A stretch of DNA of 64,000 bases from assembly GCF_006345805.1 (NCBI RefSeq), contig NC_043005.1, forward strand, positions 35,774,001 to 35,838,000. The letters run 5' to 3'. The translations under genes and the position numbers were made by a program. This stretch comes from Octopus sinensis (lineage: Eukaryota). The notes beneath the pieces are model-generated. The model was not told where the DNA came from and did not search any database. It saw nothing but the letters and a program-made list of their open reading frames with translations. Within the stretch, counting starts at the first letter, position 1. The number at the start of each line of letters is the position of its first letter. This document shows positions 1 through 11,540 of this stretch, piece by piece.

Positions 1-126
1 TTTATCGACCCCGAAAGGATGAAAGGCAAAGTTGACCTCGGCGGAATTTGAACTCAGAATGTGACGGCAGCCGAAATACTGCTAAGCATTCCGGCTGGCG
101 TGCTAACGATTCTGCCAGCTCGCCGC
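1..126 (-). mobile_element. tRNA-derived SINE family A, partial
   Basis: Reverse complement of the TGGCAGAA...GTTCAAATTCCGCCGAGGTCAACTTTGCCTTTCATCC head seen in other copies. Confidence 0.8.
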
Positions 127-1920
127 CCTCCTCTGGCTTAGATCCTATCAAAGCAACCAACCCATGCCAGTATGGAAGGTGGATATTAAATAACGATGGT
201 AAAGTACATAAATGGTGTACTTTGTTTCTGATTACCAAAATCACGAGAATGTCAAACTAAATGGCTGTAGTATTTTTTTAGTTGTTGCCTTTTATGTCCT
301 GAGTTCAAATCCTACTGAGATCAATGCTACTTTTTATCCTTGCATGATCAATGAAATAAAGTAGCAATCAAGTACTGGATCGATTTAATAGCCTTATGAA
401 GCATCCTAGATGTGAAAATAGTCATAATAGAAGTTGGGGTTAATCAATATTGCAATAATGATTGACATAATGCTTTGCCTGTGAGTGTTTAATTAATAAT
501 TCAGTGATATTATATTGTGATGTGGAAAAATAGTGTTCGTTTGCTTCTATATAATATGGTATACATGTAGAATAGCGTCTATGAAAGACAAAGCCTTTTG
601 CACAACTAGAAGACTCTGAGTAAACTTAAAATGGCATAGTACTTCTATAAACATTATACGGTATATTGAGTAAAATGAAATATTGATTCATCTTCTGCCT
701 CTCTCTGTCTCTCTGCCCCCCATCCTACCATTTACTTCACAGAAGAACAATTTTGGTTATTTTAGGATTTGCAAAATACATTATATTCATTTTTCTTTCC
801 TTCTGGCTGTGTCAGAAATTTTCATTGCACTTTTGTGGCTTGGCCTTTCTCTGTGTCTTCCTTAAATGCCACTCTGTCAATTATGATGACAATGGTTCCA
901 ATTGATCTGATCAATAGAACAGCCTGTTTGTGAGATTAATGTGCAAGTGGCTGAGCACTCTTCAGACATGCATACCCTTAACAATAGTTCTATGGGAGAA
1001 TCAGCATGACACAGAATGAAATACAGGTACTACCCATTTATGTCAGATGAAAGAACTGGATCAGCATGAAATAAAATGTCTTGCTCAATAACACAATGCT
1101 TCACCAGCAATTGATCTCAAAATCTTACAATCGTTAGTTGAATACCCTAACCACTAAGCCATGCACCATCTCTCCTTTACCTATATGCACACTAATGGAA
1201 ATCATTATCATCATTGTTTAATGTCTTCCATCCATGCTGGCATTTGACAGGAGCTGACCAGGTGGAAGACTACCCTGGGCTACTGTGTCTGTTTTGGCAT
1301 ATCCTTCCTAACCAATCACCTCACAGAGTGGATTGAGTGATTTTTACGTGGCACCAGCAGAGGCAAGTTAGTTTTGGCATGGTTTTTTACAACTGATGCT
1401 CTTCCAAATGCCAACCACTTCACAGTGTGGACTGGATGCTTTTTACATGGCACCAGCACTGGCAGGGTCACCAAGTAATTTGCAAGACAAGGAATTGTGA
1501 AAGGTGAGGGGGCATTGGTGGAAGTGATCTTGTGTCAGATGATGAAATGTTAGGTGTAACAGAGAGAGAGAGGCAGAAACAGGTGTCTTGCTATAGAGGA
1601 AATACCTGGCCAGAGAGAAAGAGAAAATTATTTGGTTGAGGAAAATGTTTGTGCACCATGTTAAGCATTATTTTAACACAGCATTTTTTAAAAATAATGC
1701 CATGTTAAAATAATGCTTAACTTGGTGCACTAACTTTTTCCTCACCCTAATATTATATTTACTTATTTGCTAAATATGTTTCCAGTTCTGATTCGAGTGC
1801 AAAACCAATGTTTCCAACAGCTGAATGATTCTCTGAGGTTTTTCTTCAATCTGAATTCTAAACACACTCCTTGTATAGTGTGATTAGTTTTGTTTGTAAC
1901 CTTAAGTCTGCTAAAGGTAT

Positions 1921-2400
1921 ATCATCATCACCATCACTGTTTAACATTCACTTTTCCATACTTGCTTAGGTGAGATGGAATTTGCTGAGTAGATTTTCTA
2001 CCTCACACACACTATAGTGTGTGTGAGGTTGGATGGTTTGACATGGAGCTGTCCAGGCTCCAGCTGTCTGTTGTATGGTTTCTATGGCTAGTTGCCCTTC
2101 TTAATGCCAACCACTTAACAAAGTTTTGCTGGGTGCTTTTTTACCTATCACCAGCACGAGTGCGTTAATACGGTACCAGCACAGGTGCTTTTTATGTGGT
2201 TCTAGCACCTGAAAGGACAAGCCTATATGTGTGGAAGGCAGTGATTTTACTTAGCTTGACACATTCTGTCAAGTATAGCAAATCACCATATTTCCCGGCC
2301 CCTTGTCATTCCCTCAGTGAGGTCCAGCATCTGAAGATCCTTTCTCACCTCTTTGTCTCATGTCTTCCTGGGTCTACCCGCTCCACAATCATAGCTCAGC
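1921..2400 (-). mobile_element. 5'-truncated RTE-clade LINE 3' end (ORF C-terminus, 3' UTR and (GAT)n tail)
   Basis: Segment at 2300-2400 matches the degenerate RTE C-terminus at about 15560-15660, followed on the same strand by the GGAAGGGCATCC-type UTR and tail. Confidence 0.65.
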
Positions 2401-2485
2401 ACTACTTTATGCATCAATATTCTGTCTCTCTTTCTCTCTCTCTCACATACACACATGCACATTTATGCTCATCTTTCGATTTTGA

Positions 2486-2735
2486 TGCTTGTACCGGTGG
2501 CACGTAAAAAGCACCAACTGATCGTGGCCACTGCCAGCCTCCCCTGGCTCCTGTGCCGGTGGTATGTTAAAAGCACCCACTACACACATGGAGTGGTGTG
2601 CATTAGGAAGGGCATCCAGCTGTAGAAACACTGCCAAATCAGACTGGAGCCTGGTGCAGCCACCTGGCTTCCCAGACCCGGTCGAACTGTCCAACCCATG
2701 CTAGCACGGAAAACGGATGCTAAACGATGATGATG
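2486..2735 (+). mobile_element. RTE 3' UTR-derived repeat (family C) with (GAT)n tail
   Basis: GGTGGCACGTAAAAAGCACC...TAGGAAGGGCATCCAGCTGTAGAAAC...AAACGATGATGATGA. Further copies at about 8481-8670, 9920-10215 (-), 20510-20880 (-), 36235-36418 and others. Confidence 0.8.
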
Positions 2736-4179
2736 AATACGACAAAATAAATGAAACAAGCTGCACTGATTGAAATTGACATGTAAACAAATTGTTAATT
2801 TACCAAAAGTTATCACAGTTGATAATAAAGACACTAATTGTAAAATGCAGTTGGGTTATTATTTGTAATGTTTTGTGATTTAAAAAAAAAAATTATTAAA
2901 TCGGATATTTTCAATGACAGAAGATAGGAAGACATGAAAAACACAAACCCTTTTAGTTACACCCATTCTCATCCCTTATAGATATACACATCAGCTGTAC
3001 ACATTCCACATTGGTACACATGCAGCTAGGCACACAGCACATAAGTGCACACACACACACAACTATATACATATCACATAGAGGCATACATAGTTATACA
3101 AGCTCCACATAGGTACATGCACACATACACACAGCTTATACAGTTCAGATAAGTATAGACACATACAGACACACACGCATTGATATACCACCCAGGTACA
3201 AACGCAAACCTGCTTATACACATAGGTACTCACATGCACACAGCTTTACATATATCACATGAATATGTTCACGCACACACCACTTAGTTACACATAAACA
3301 CGCAAGGACAATTCCTTTTTATTTTCAGTCAATACAGTATAGTTTGTTTCTTTCACAAGTGTATTTTGAGATATTTGCCTGTTATTTCTAGCATCTCCAG
3401 CGACCACATAGAGGACACCCTTGTTAATATACAATCCACAGTGAATAGCGATGATTTAATTAATTATTAATTAGTGTAAGAGTGTGACAAGATTTTATGA
3501 TAAATTAGAACCAGTTACAAATGCATAATTTATTTAGACAATAAAAGTAATTTCTGAAAGTGCTATTATTTCATCACCTGTGTAGGTCTGTAATACACAA
3601 ACACATGTTTTATGTACCTGGAGATGAACCACTTGACTATAGTTTTGGTGTATTACACACCTGCACAGGTATGTAACTATACTGAACCACCTCCAGGTAT
3701 ATACTGAGAGTATGACACACCTATATAGGTGTGTAAAAATACTAAAATTGTAATCAGTAATGTTTACTTCAGGTATATACTAGGTGTGTTGGTGTATTAC
3801 ATACCTTTACATTGACATAGTATTACACATGGTGTATTATAGTTTGGCCTTTTGGTATAATTTTGTATTGTCATAGGTCTTGATTTTGTTTTTATATGTT
3901 TATTATAATTTATAAGGATTATATTATTAAATGATGTTTAATGTAAATTTGAAGATGTTCAGTATATTTATTTATACAAGGGATGAAAGTGTAGCCAAAT
4001 GTCTACTAAGTATGTACTAAGTATTACACACCTAGTACATAGACAAGATGCACTTAGTTACAGTTTCTGTGTATGACACACCTATGGAGGTGTGTAATAC
4101 CTGTTATAGCCACACTTGATTATAGTTTAGTAAAGATATATGTATGTATAAATATTCACACATATTATCTTTTATCTTT

Positions 4180-4560
4180 TGTGTCTTACTTGTTTCAGTC
4201 ATTAGACTGCAGCCATTCCAGGGCACCACCTCGAAGGGTTTTAGTTGAACAAATCGACCCCAGGACTTATTTTTTAAAATCTGATACTTATTCTTTCATT
4301 TTCTTGATGCCAAACCACTGTTATGAGGATGTAAACACACCAACACTGGTTGTCAAGCAGTGATGGGAGACAAACACAGGCACAATGAGACATACACTCA
4401 CACATGACAGGCTTCTTTCAGTTTCCATCTACAAAATCCACTCAAGGCTTTGGTCAGCCTGAGGCTATAGTAGAAGGCACTTTCCAAAGGTGCCACACAG
4501 TAGGACTGAACCTGGAACCATGTGGTTGGGAGGCAAGTTTCTTACCACACAGGCATGCTT
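4180..4560 (-). mobile_element. tRNA-derived SINE family B, diverged
   Basis: Same head (GGTTCCAGGTTCAGTCC) and ACTGAAACAAGTAAGA tail as the cleaner copies. Confidence 0.75.
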
Positions 4561-7189
4561 GTACAGACTTGTTAAATAAGCTTAGAGCTACAAGAATTGG
4601 TGTAGAGAGGCAATATAGGTGTTCCAGTAGAAAAGAACCAGAAATTACCTAGTGCACAAGAAAACAGTAATTTTTTTTAATGTGTATATTTTAAGGTTTA
4701 TAGATTACGAATCTGCAAAATGAATGAATTAACATCCTACATCCTTCTTAGTTCTGGAAGTGACTGAGCCTTGTTTACTTCTTATTAAGACTTTATGTTT
4801 TTAATTGAATGAAGAAATTTTTTGAAAGTGATTTGTGGTCCCTCAAATTTTGGTATCTCAGAAGATCACCTATGTTGTTTAGTGTGCAATACCATCCTTG
4901 AATTAATGACTTGTAGAGGCACCGTATTTTGGTATGCAACCATAATATATTACAAATTATATTACATCCTCTATAAGTCAATACTGTTTTTTACTGTGCT
5001 AATGCTATTAAACATTGTAACAAATCAATGCTGGCTATAATTTCTATAGAAAATCTTTAGAGATAACCTTAACCCTAAATTATTTATGGTTAGGTAGACT
5101 GGGCCAATAACATTCTCAAAGATGCAAAATGTGGACTTCATTTGGAACACTGGTTTCTTATTTACTAAACATCATTGAAGATGCTGCTCTGATTGTGAAA
5201 CCCAAGTTTGTTTGGTAATTCATTGTGACATATTGGCCACATCACCACTAATTTCACCGATAATTTATTTAACAGGACATTTCTAAAAATATCTTGGTTT
5301 CCATAAAGAATGCAGTTGTAGTAAAAAGCGTTTTAGCAAAGTATTATTGAATGAAAATAAACTAGAGTTAGTTTGCAAGAAAGTTCTTTTGGTGGTAATT
5401 TGCGAGTAAAGCAAACTTAATTTGAAAGGATTAATTTCATTGGTTGAAAAATATACTCGTTTTTGGCTGAAAATTATTCCAAAAGATTGTTTCTGGACGC
5501 TTCTAGAAATTTCCAATCAAGGTTTTAAAAACTACAGTTTTTCCATGTTTTTTAGTGATATTTACGCTGTCACTCACAACCTCTCCTGTCGCATAGTGTT
5601 AAAATGTCTCTGACACTAATGTAATCAACACGGCATTATTCTCTTTTATGACTTTAAATCATTTATCTAAACTTTTTTCCTTAGAATACTTTGATGAACT
5701 AGTTAAGGAATTTTATTCTTGTCATCTCTTCATGACAAGTCATCTTTACATTATTTACATTATCTTTAGGAAAAAAACTTGAAAATGTTTTTCATTACAT
5801 TTCCTTGGCTTAATCTTTAAGAGTGAACATTGGGAGATTGCTCTTGATATATATTTTGCAATTGTAATTATTTATCTCTATAAAATAAAAAGAAGTATTA
5901 ATCAAAATAATGCGACTCTGATCTTTTTCTTTCGGTAATGCTTGTTCTATTAACTACTTCAATTTGCAAGAGAAAGCCATAAAAGAAAAAGATTTATACA
6001 TCACATACAACATGTCTATACAACATATTCAATTTGTTTTCAATTAAAACCTTGTGGAGCTGTTTTACCAAGACCTATTATTATCTGCTTAAATTAACTG
6101 ATCTTCATAGTTGAACTGTTGACCCCTAGATAACTAGAACAGTGGAACTGACAACCAGAACTCATCTATCCAGTTCAGTTAAGCAGTCAAAAATTAATTA
6201 GTCCACCAAAAACCACAATTTCTTCAGATGTCAATGTTTTAAGCATTGTAGATTATGATTCTGCAAAAAAAAAAAAATCCTTTTGTATAATTCTTCAGTT
6301 TTGACTTTGAGAAACTTTTTTCAAATTTACCTCTTTTGAAGTGAATGAAGCATTTGAAGTGAATGGTTCTTCAAAAATATTCAGAACATAAATCCTGAAA
6401 AGTTTTTGAAAGAAGATTTTGAAACTGAAAAATTACAGAAAATGTAATTCACTGCATTATATCAATAAGAAACACACACACTGGTTGTATTTCACTTCCT
6501 TTATTATTATTATATTTGTCAACTAGTTAACTATTAAGAGTAGTTAGAATGTCACTGGAAGAATCACAAGATGGATCCTCCAAACCAAGCCAACCATCAG
6601 GAGACCTAGAGGTAGACAACAGAGAGAGAGAGGATTGGATAATATCCGTTGTCTCAGTTGCTCATGCTTGAGAGTCCAATCAGAAAGTTTAATGACTTTT
6701 GCTTCTAATAGGACCCTATGGAGGAGGTGCCTGAAGACTCTCTTCCTATGACCCTCCCAGGAATATTGAGCAGGGAAGACTGATGGATAGATAGTTAACC
6801 AATTAACTAATCAATTATTTGATTGCTTGACTGAAAAATTAATCAAGCAATTGATTAGTTAAGTGATTAAATGATTAACTAGTTGACTAATAATAATAAA
6901 ATGATATAAAACTAATGAATATGTTTATTATTGGCATTTTGACCCTACCAAGATACAACACAGTGTTTCAACTCACAATTTCACATGAAATATCTTGCAA
7001 ATTAATACAAAACAGTTTCCTTCATTTGCATTTTATATTCTCCAGAGGAAGGTATGAATGTCACTAGTGGTTTAAATGCACTATTCTCCAATATCCAAGT
7101 GGCTAAGAAGTGTCATCAGAAGGGCACCCAGGGCTCATGACTTGGATGTGATCTGGCCCCTCTTAGAGTATAAGAAGTCAAAGGCTTAA

Positions 7190-7410
7190 CCCTTTTGTTA
7201 CTGTATTTATTTTGAGATGCTCTGTGTTTCTTTCAATTAATTTTAAATATAACAAAGAATTTAGTAAAATAACTTAGTTATCATTCAGCTAGTGTTAGGA
7301 ACATAAATTGCGACTAAGGTTTGCTGGGAAATTTTAATTCAAAACTTATGAAAACAAGACATTTGTACTCAGAGCCAGAGCTGGCTTCAGCCGGGTTGGT
7401 AATGAAAGGG
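7190..7410. mobile_element. piggyBac-type MITE, TTAA target-site duplication, CCCTTT termini
   Basis: TTAA|CCCTTTTGTTAC...AATGAAAGGG|TTAA; second copy in opposite orientation at 40044-40265. Confidence 0.8.
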
Positions 7411-7973
7411 TTAAACACTTTCCTGTGTGGGGTTTCTTCTCTGAAAACCTTCTGCTGTTCAGCTCGCTTGGGAGTTTCTTACTACTAGTCTTATTTTGTC
7501 TCCCTTGTAAATCTTTCCATCTAAGGGGTCAGTAATTGTTTCTAACAGAGATACAATACCACAAATTTGTGAAGGTGGGATAGAAGTTGATGAAATCAAC
7601 CCAGTATATGACTGGTTCTTTACTTTTGTCAATCCTGAAGAATAAAGCAGACCAAGATTTGAACTCAGAACGTTAAAGGGCAAACCAAATGCCACAAGAT
7701 ATTTTGTCCAACACTCTAATGGTTCTGCCAGTTCACCTCTTTGTATCTAAGAAGTCACTAATGATTGAAGAATGTATGAAACCCCAAAATATGTCTCCAA
7801 GAATTCTTGGAAAATATGGGGAAAAGTTTGTTTTTAATTTTTCTGCTATTTTAAATAAGTAAAAGAGAAAAAAAAAATTGCAAAACAAAACCTTCGGTTA
7901 TTTTTTCTTAATTCTTTATTATTTTTTTCTTTTTTTTTTCTTTTGTAGATGTTGAAGAAACCACAGAAAGAAA

Positions 7974-8049
7974 ATGAATATTTATTTTGACAGACTTGTT
8001 CTGTGTCTTGTAATGTGTCTCTTCGATTTTCAGCCAAGGGTGTTTGCAG
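7974..8049 (+). CDS. Coding exon 1 (signal peptide) of EGF-FN3-TM protein: MNIYFDRLVLCLVMCLFDFQPRVFA + G
   Basis: Polypyrimidine acceptor ttttcttttgtAG at 7947-7948; ATG at 7974 with in-frame upstream TGA (7953-7955); hydrophobic core LVLCLVMCLF and V-x-A cleavage motif; donor CAG|GTAGCT at 8049/8050 in phase 1, matching the phase-1 acceptor at 10635/10636 (G|AA = Glu). The splice join is inferred. Confidence 0.7.
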
Positions 8050-8669
8050 GTAGCTATTCTTTTTATTATTTTTGCAGTTTGTGTACAGTGATTATGCTGG
8101 AGCATCACTCTAAAGGAATTTGAGAATGGTACTCCACTACCCAAAGAATCGTTTCTGCAGTAACAATCAGATGAACCACAACTGACTTACCTCAGTTATA
8201 TTAAATAATTGATCTACCTGTTGACTTTCACATAACCTGCTAGAAATAGCAGTCAAACATTCTCCAGATATCATTGTGTCATATAATTAATAAATAATAT
8301 ATTGAAGAGCAGGACCCTCATATACAAGCAGGAAGGATGGCCATAGTTCTATTAAGTCATAGTCAGCCTGGAGCTAAGCAACAACAGCCACTTAGAAGAT
8401 ATAATGTGCTGAATAAAACTATAGTTTGTATACATTTGCATTGAGACTATAAGTTGCTATATATAAATATATATATAGTGCAGGTGGCACGTAAAAAGCA
8501 CCCACTACACTCACGGAGTGGTTGGCATTAGGAAGGGCATCCAGCCGTAGAAACACTGCCAGATCTGACTGGGCTTGATGAAGCCTTCCGGCTTCACAGA
8601 CCCCAGTTGAACCGTCCAACCCATGCTAGCATGGAAAACGGACGCTAAATGATGATGATGATGATGATG

Positions 8670-8709
<40 letters not shown>

Positions 8710-8884
8710 ATAAATATTAGGGAATAAATCCAAATTTACAGGGAAAAAATCAGATTTAGGATTAAATCCAATTTTATAGTAAAATATTATAAAATATTAT
8801 TAGAGACAAAACCACTATTTTGCAAAACAAACAAGGAAAGACTTAATCAATACATAAAATTTTAATAAATAGTCAAAAAAACCG

Positions 8885-8927
8885 CCACTACAATTGTTTC
8901 TTGTCTTGATCGACAATCTTCAGGTGG
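8885..8927 (-). ncRNA. Mirror copy of the minimal type I hammerhead motif
   Basis: Exact reverse complement of 8975-9017 within the perfect inverted repeat. Confidence 0.85.
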
Positions 8928-8974
8928 ACTTCCAATAAGTCAGTTTCAAATTATGAAACTGACTTATTGGAAGT

Positions 8975-9017
8975 CCACCTGAAGATTGTCGATCAAGACA
9001 AGAAACAATTGTAGTGG
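8975..9017 (+). ncRNA. Minimal type I hammerhead ribozyme motif
   Basis: CCAC (stem I) - CUGAAGA core - UUGUC/GAUCAA/GACAA (stem II) - GAAA - C AAUU G (palindromic stem/loop III, ACAAUUGU) - UA^ - GUGG (stem I'). All core nucleotides present; predicted cleavage after 9013. Activity untested. Confidence 0.85.
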
Positions 9018-9109
9018 CGGTTTTTTTGACTATTTATTAAAATTTTATGTATTGATTAAGTCTTTCCTTGTTTGTTTTGCAAAATAGTGGTTTTGTCTCT
9101 AATAATATT

Positions 9110-9142
<33 letters not shown>

Positions 9143-9150
9143 TACATACA

Positions 9151-9430
9151 TATAGGGTCATCCCATAAATAATGCGTTCTTTTTTCAATTGCATAAACTA
9201 AAAGTTGGAGGGGGACAGGATAAACTACCTGCATCAATTTGCTATAAAAGCAGGTAGTAATTTTACCTTGTTTTTATTCTTAGTGCAAATTTTGAAGAGT
9301 GCAGTTTGATTTTACCAGTTATTTTTTCGAAAATATAATGGAAATGACAAAGGAGCATATTTGGCATATTTTGCTTTATGAGTTCAATAAAGGCAACAAC
9401 ACAATGTAAAGTGCAAGGAATATTAATGAA
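9151..9430 (+). mobile_element. Mariner 5' fragment (TIR plus transposase start MEMTKEHIWHILLYEFNKGNN)
   Basis: TA-initiated TIR-like TAGGGTCATCCCATAAATAATGCG; ATG at 9338 begins a mariner-like N-terminal HTH, then truncated. Confidence 0.65.
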
Positions 9431-10635
9431 GTATATATATATATGTAACCTCTTAATGTGGAGAAGTAACTATATCTGTTGAGTTTTTAACTTGCTATAT
9501 ATCTGTGTTGAATGTATAGCTTAACATATATGCATCTGTATTAAAACTATAGCTTGCTTTATATCTGTATTGAATGTACAGCTTGAAATATATACATCTG
9601 TCTTGAAACTGTAGCTTGCTATATATCTGCATTGATTGTATAATATGCTATATATATGCACATCTGTAGTAAAACTATAGTTTGTCATATATCTGTATTA
9701 AATGTGTAGCTTGAAATATATATACATCTGTATTAAAAGTATAGTTTGCTACATATCTGGATTGAAAGCATGTATATGCATCTGTACTGAAAATTTGCTT
9801 GCTACACATGTAAACTGAAATTGTACTATATAGATTTGTGTACCATATAGATTTTTAATTGAAGTTTTTATGTCAACATTCTCGGCAGCTTTGACCTAAA
9901 AGAAAATCCTAACAACATTATCATCATCATCATCACCATCGTTTAACGTCTGCTTTCCATGCTTGTATGGGTTGGACGATTTGACTGAGGTCTGGCGAAC
10001 CAGATGGCTGCACCAGGCTCCAATCTGATCTGGCAGAGTTTCTACAGCTGTATGCCCTTCTTAATGCCAACCACTCCGAGAGTGTAGTGGGTGCTTTTAC
10101 ATGCCACCAGCATGAGGGCCATTCAGGCTGTACTGGGAATGGCCATGCTCAAATGGTGTTTTTTACGTGCCACCTGCACAGGAGCCAGTCCAGTGGCACT
10201 GGCAATGACCTTGCTCACATTGTTTTTTGTTTTATGTTGATTCAATTATAAATGTTGTCAGTAGTTTGTATTAGAAAATATATAACTTAACCATATTTCC
10301 ATCCATCCCTTTTCTCTACTCACTTTTTCTGAGAGGGTTGTTGGGATATTAGAGTAAGGCACCTCCTCCATAGGGAGTGTGACCAATTGAGACTGTGGAT
10401 ATTATCCAGCCATCTCAGTTTTTGTATACCCCTAGGTCTCCTGTCGGTTGGCTGAAATTGAAGAATCCGTCTTGTGATTCTTTCATGTACAATTCTAATC
10501 ATATGTCCCTAGTACTGGAACTGTAACCTCTTAATGTGGAGAAGTAGTCATATTTAACTATTGAAATATTTAACTATAGATATCCTTCTTATTGAACAGA
10601 TGTTTGTTTTCAAAAACTTTTGTTTCTCTCTTCAG

Positions 10636-11540
10636 AAAATTTAACGTTTTATGAAACTGCCCTTACTGATGACCCTTGTGAAAATTTCCATTGTGAAAAC
10701 AGAGGTCAATGTCAGACGGTTTTGTCGGAAGTGAATGACCAAATCATCAAACATGCAGAATGCATCTGCCATGACCGTTGGATTGGCCCACACTGCGAGT
10801 CCCTGTTAGTTCTAACTCCCAGAAGAATCACCGAATACAGCGTTGAGCTTCGGATAACATTACAGAACTCTAACCTATCGGAATGGCAATATGATCCATA
10901 CTTGAAATATACATTGCAATATTGGACCAATGAAAGCGACACATCATGTTATAAGATTCCTGGAATCACGAACCTCACTTATGAAATCTCAGATCTTATA
11001 TCTGGTGTCTATTATAATTTCTGTGCTCGGACTAATATCGTGGATCAGTGTTTGACAGAAACTGTGGATCCCAATTCTTTAACTTCCAATTGCATTGGTA
11101 TTGTTACGGATATGGCAAATGGCCATAAACAAGATGAAGTTGAAACCGGTCCTCCTGTTCTTCCAATAGTTATTTGCACTATTTTAGTTGCACTCTGCAT
11201 CATAGCTGTTTTGGTCGTTTTCAAATGTAATGGCAACTTACCAAGCTATCGATGTTCTAGAATAAAATGCTGTAAGAAATGGTCACGTCAATCGGCTTAT
11301 GATCTTTTTGTCCTCCCAGACAACACGTGTACAGCTGTCAGTAACCAAACTCCACTCATTGTGAACCAAGGACAGCACCAAACTCAATCTTTGGCTATAT
11401 TAATGGACTCTTCCAATTCCACCCAACCAGCAACCCATTCCTCTTTTCCTTTACCACCTGACTTTGATATCACCGAACGAAACTTAGAGAAAACAGAATC
11501 ACTGATTCCACAACAAAATGAACCTCATTCTTCAGAATAA
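10636..11540 (+). CDS. Terminal coding exon of type I membrane protein: EGF-like domain + FN3 domain + TM helix + cytoplasmic tail
   Basis: About 300 open codons after acceptor tttctctcttcAG (10634-10635). Six-Cys EGF (CENFHCENRGQC...ECICHDRWIGPHC); FN3-like segment with YTLQY and TYEISDLISGVYYNFC; TM VLPIVICTILVALCIIAVLVVF followed by a basic/Cys-rich juxtamembrane segment; N-glycosylation sequons NLT, NLS, NES, NLT; stop TAA at 11538-11540. Confidence 0.9.

Larger units (their letters stand above)
8788..9114. repeat. Perfect inverted repeat (arms 8788-8948 and 8954-9114, 5-nt spacer AATTA), probable Penelope-type pseudo-LTR relic
   Basis: Arms read as exact reverse complements by eye; (TA)n follows the right arm and lies about 80 bp upstream of the left arm; carries hammerhead motifs. 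Confidence 0.9.

Noticed and set aside
2980-3310. CA-rich quasi-periodic stretch
   Set aside because: Degenerate (CA/TA)n low-complexity sequence with no stable unit.
6803-6862. 14-bp-arm inverted repeat TTAACTAATCAATT / AATTGATTAGTTAA
   Set aside because: Explained by adjacent degenerate (ATCA)n/(TGAT)n low-complexity tracts.
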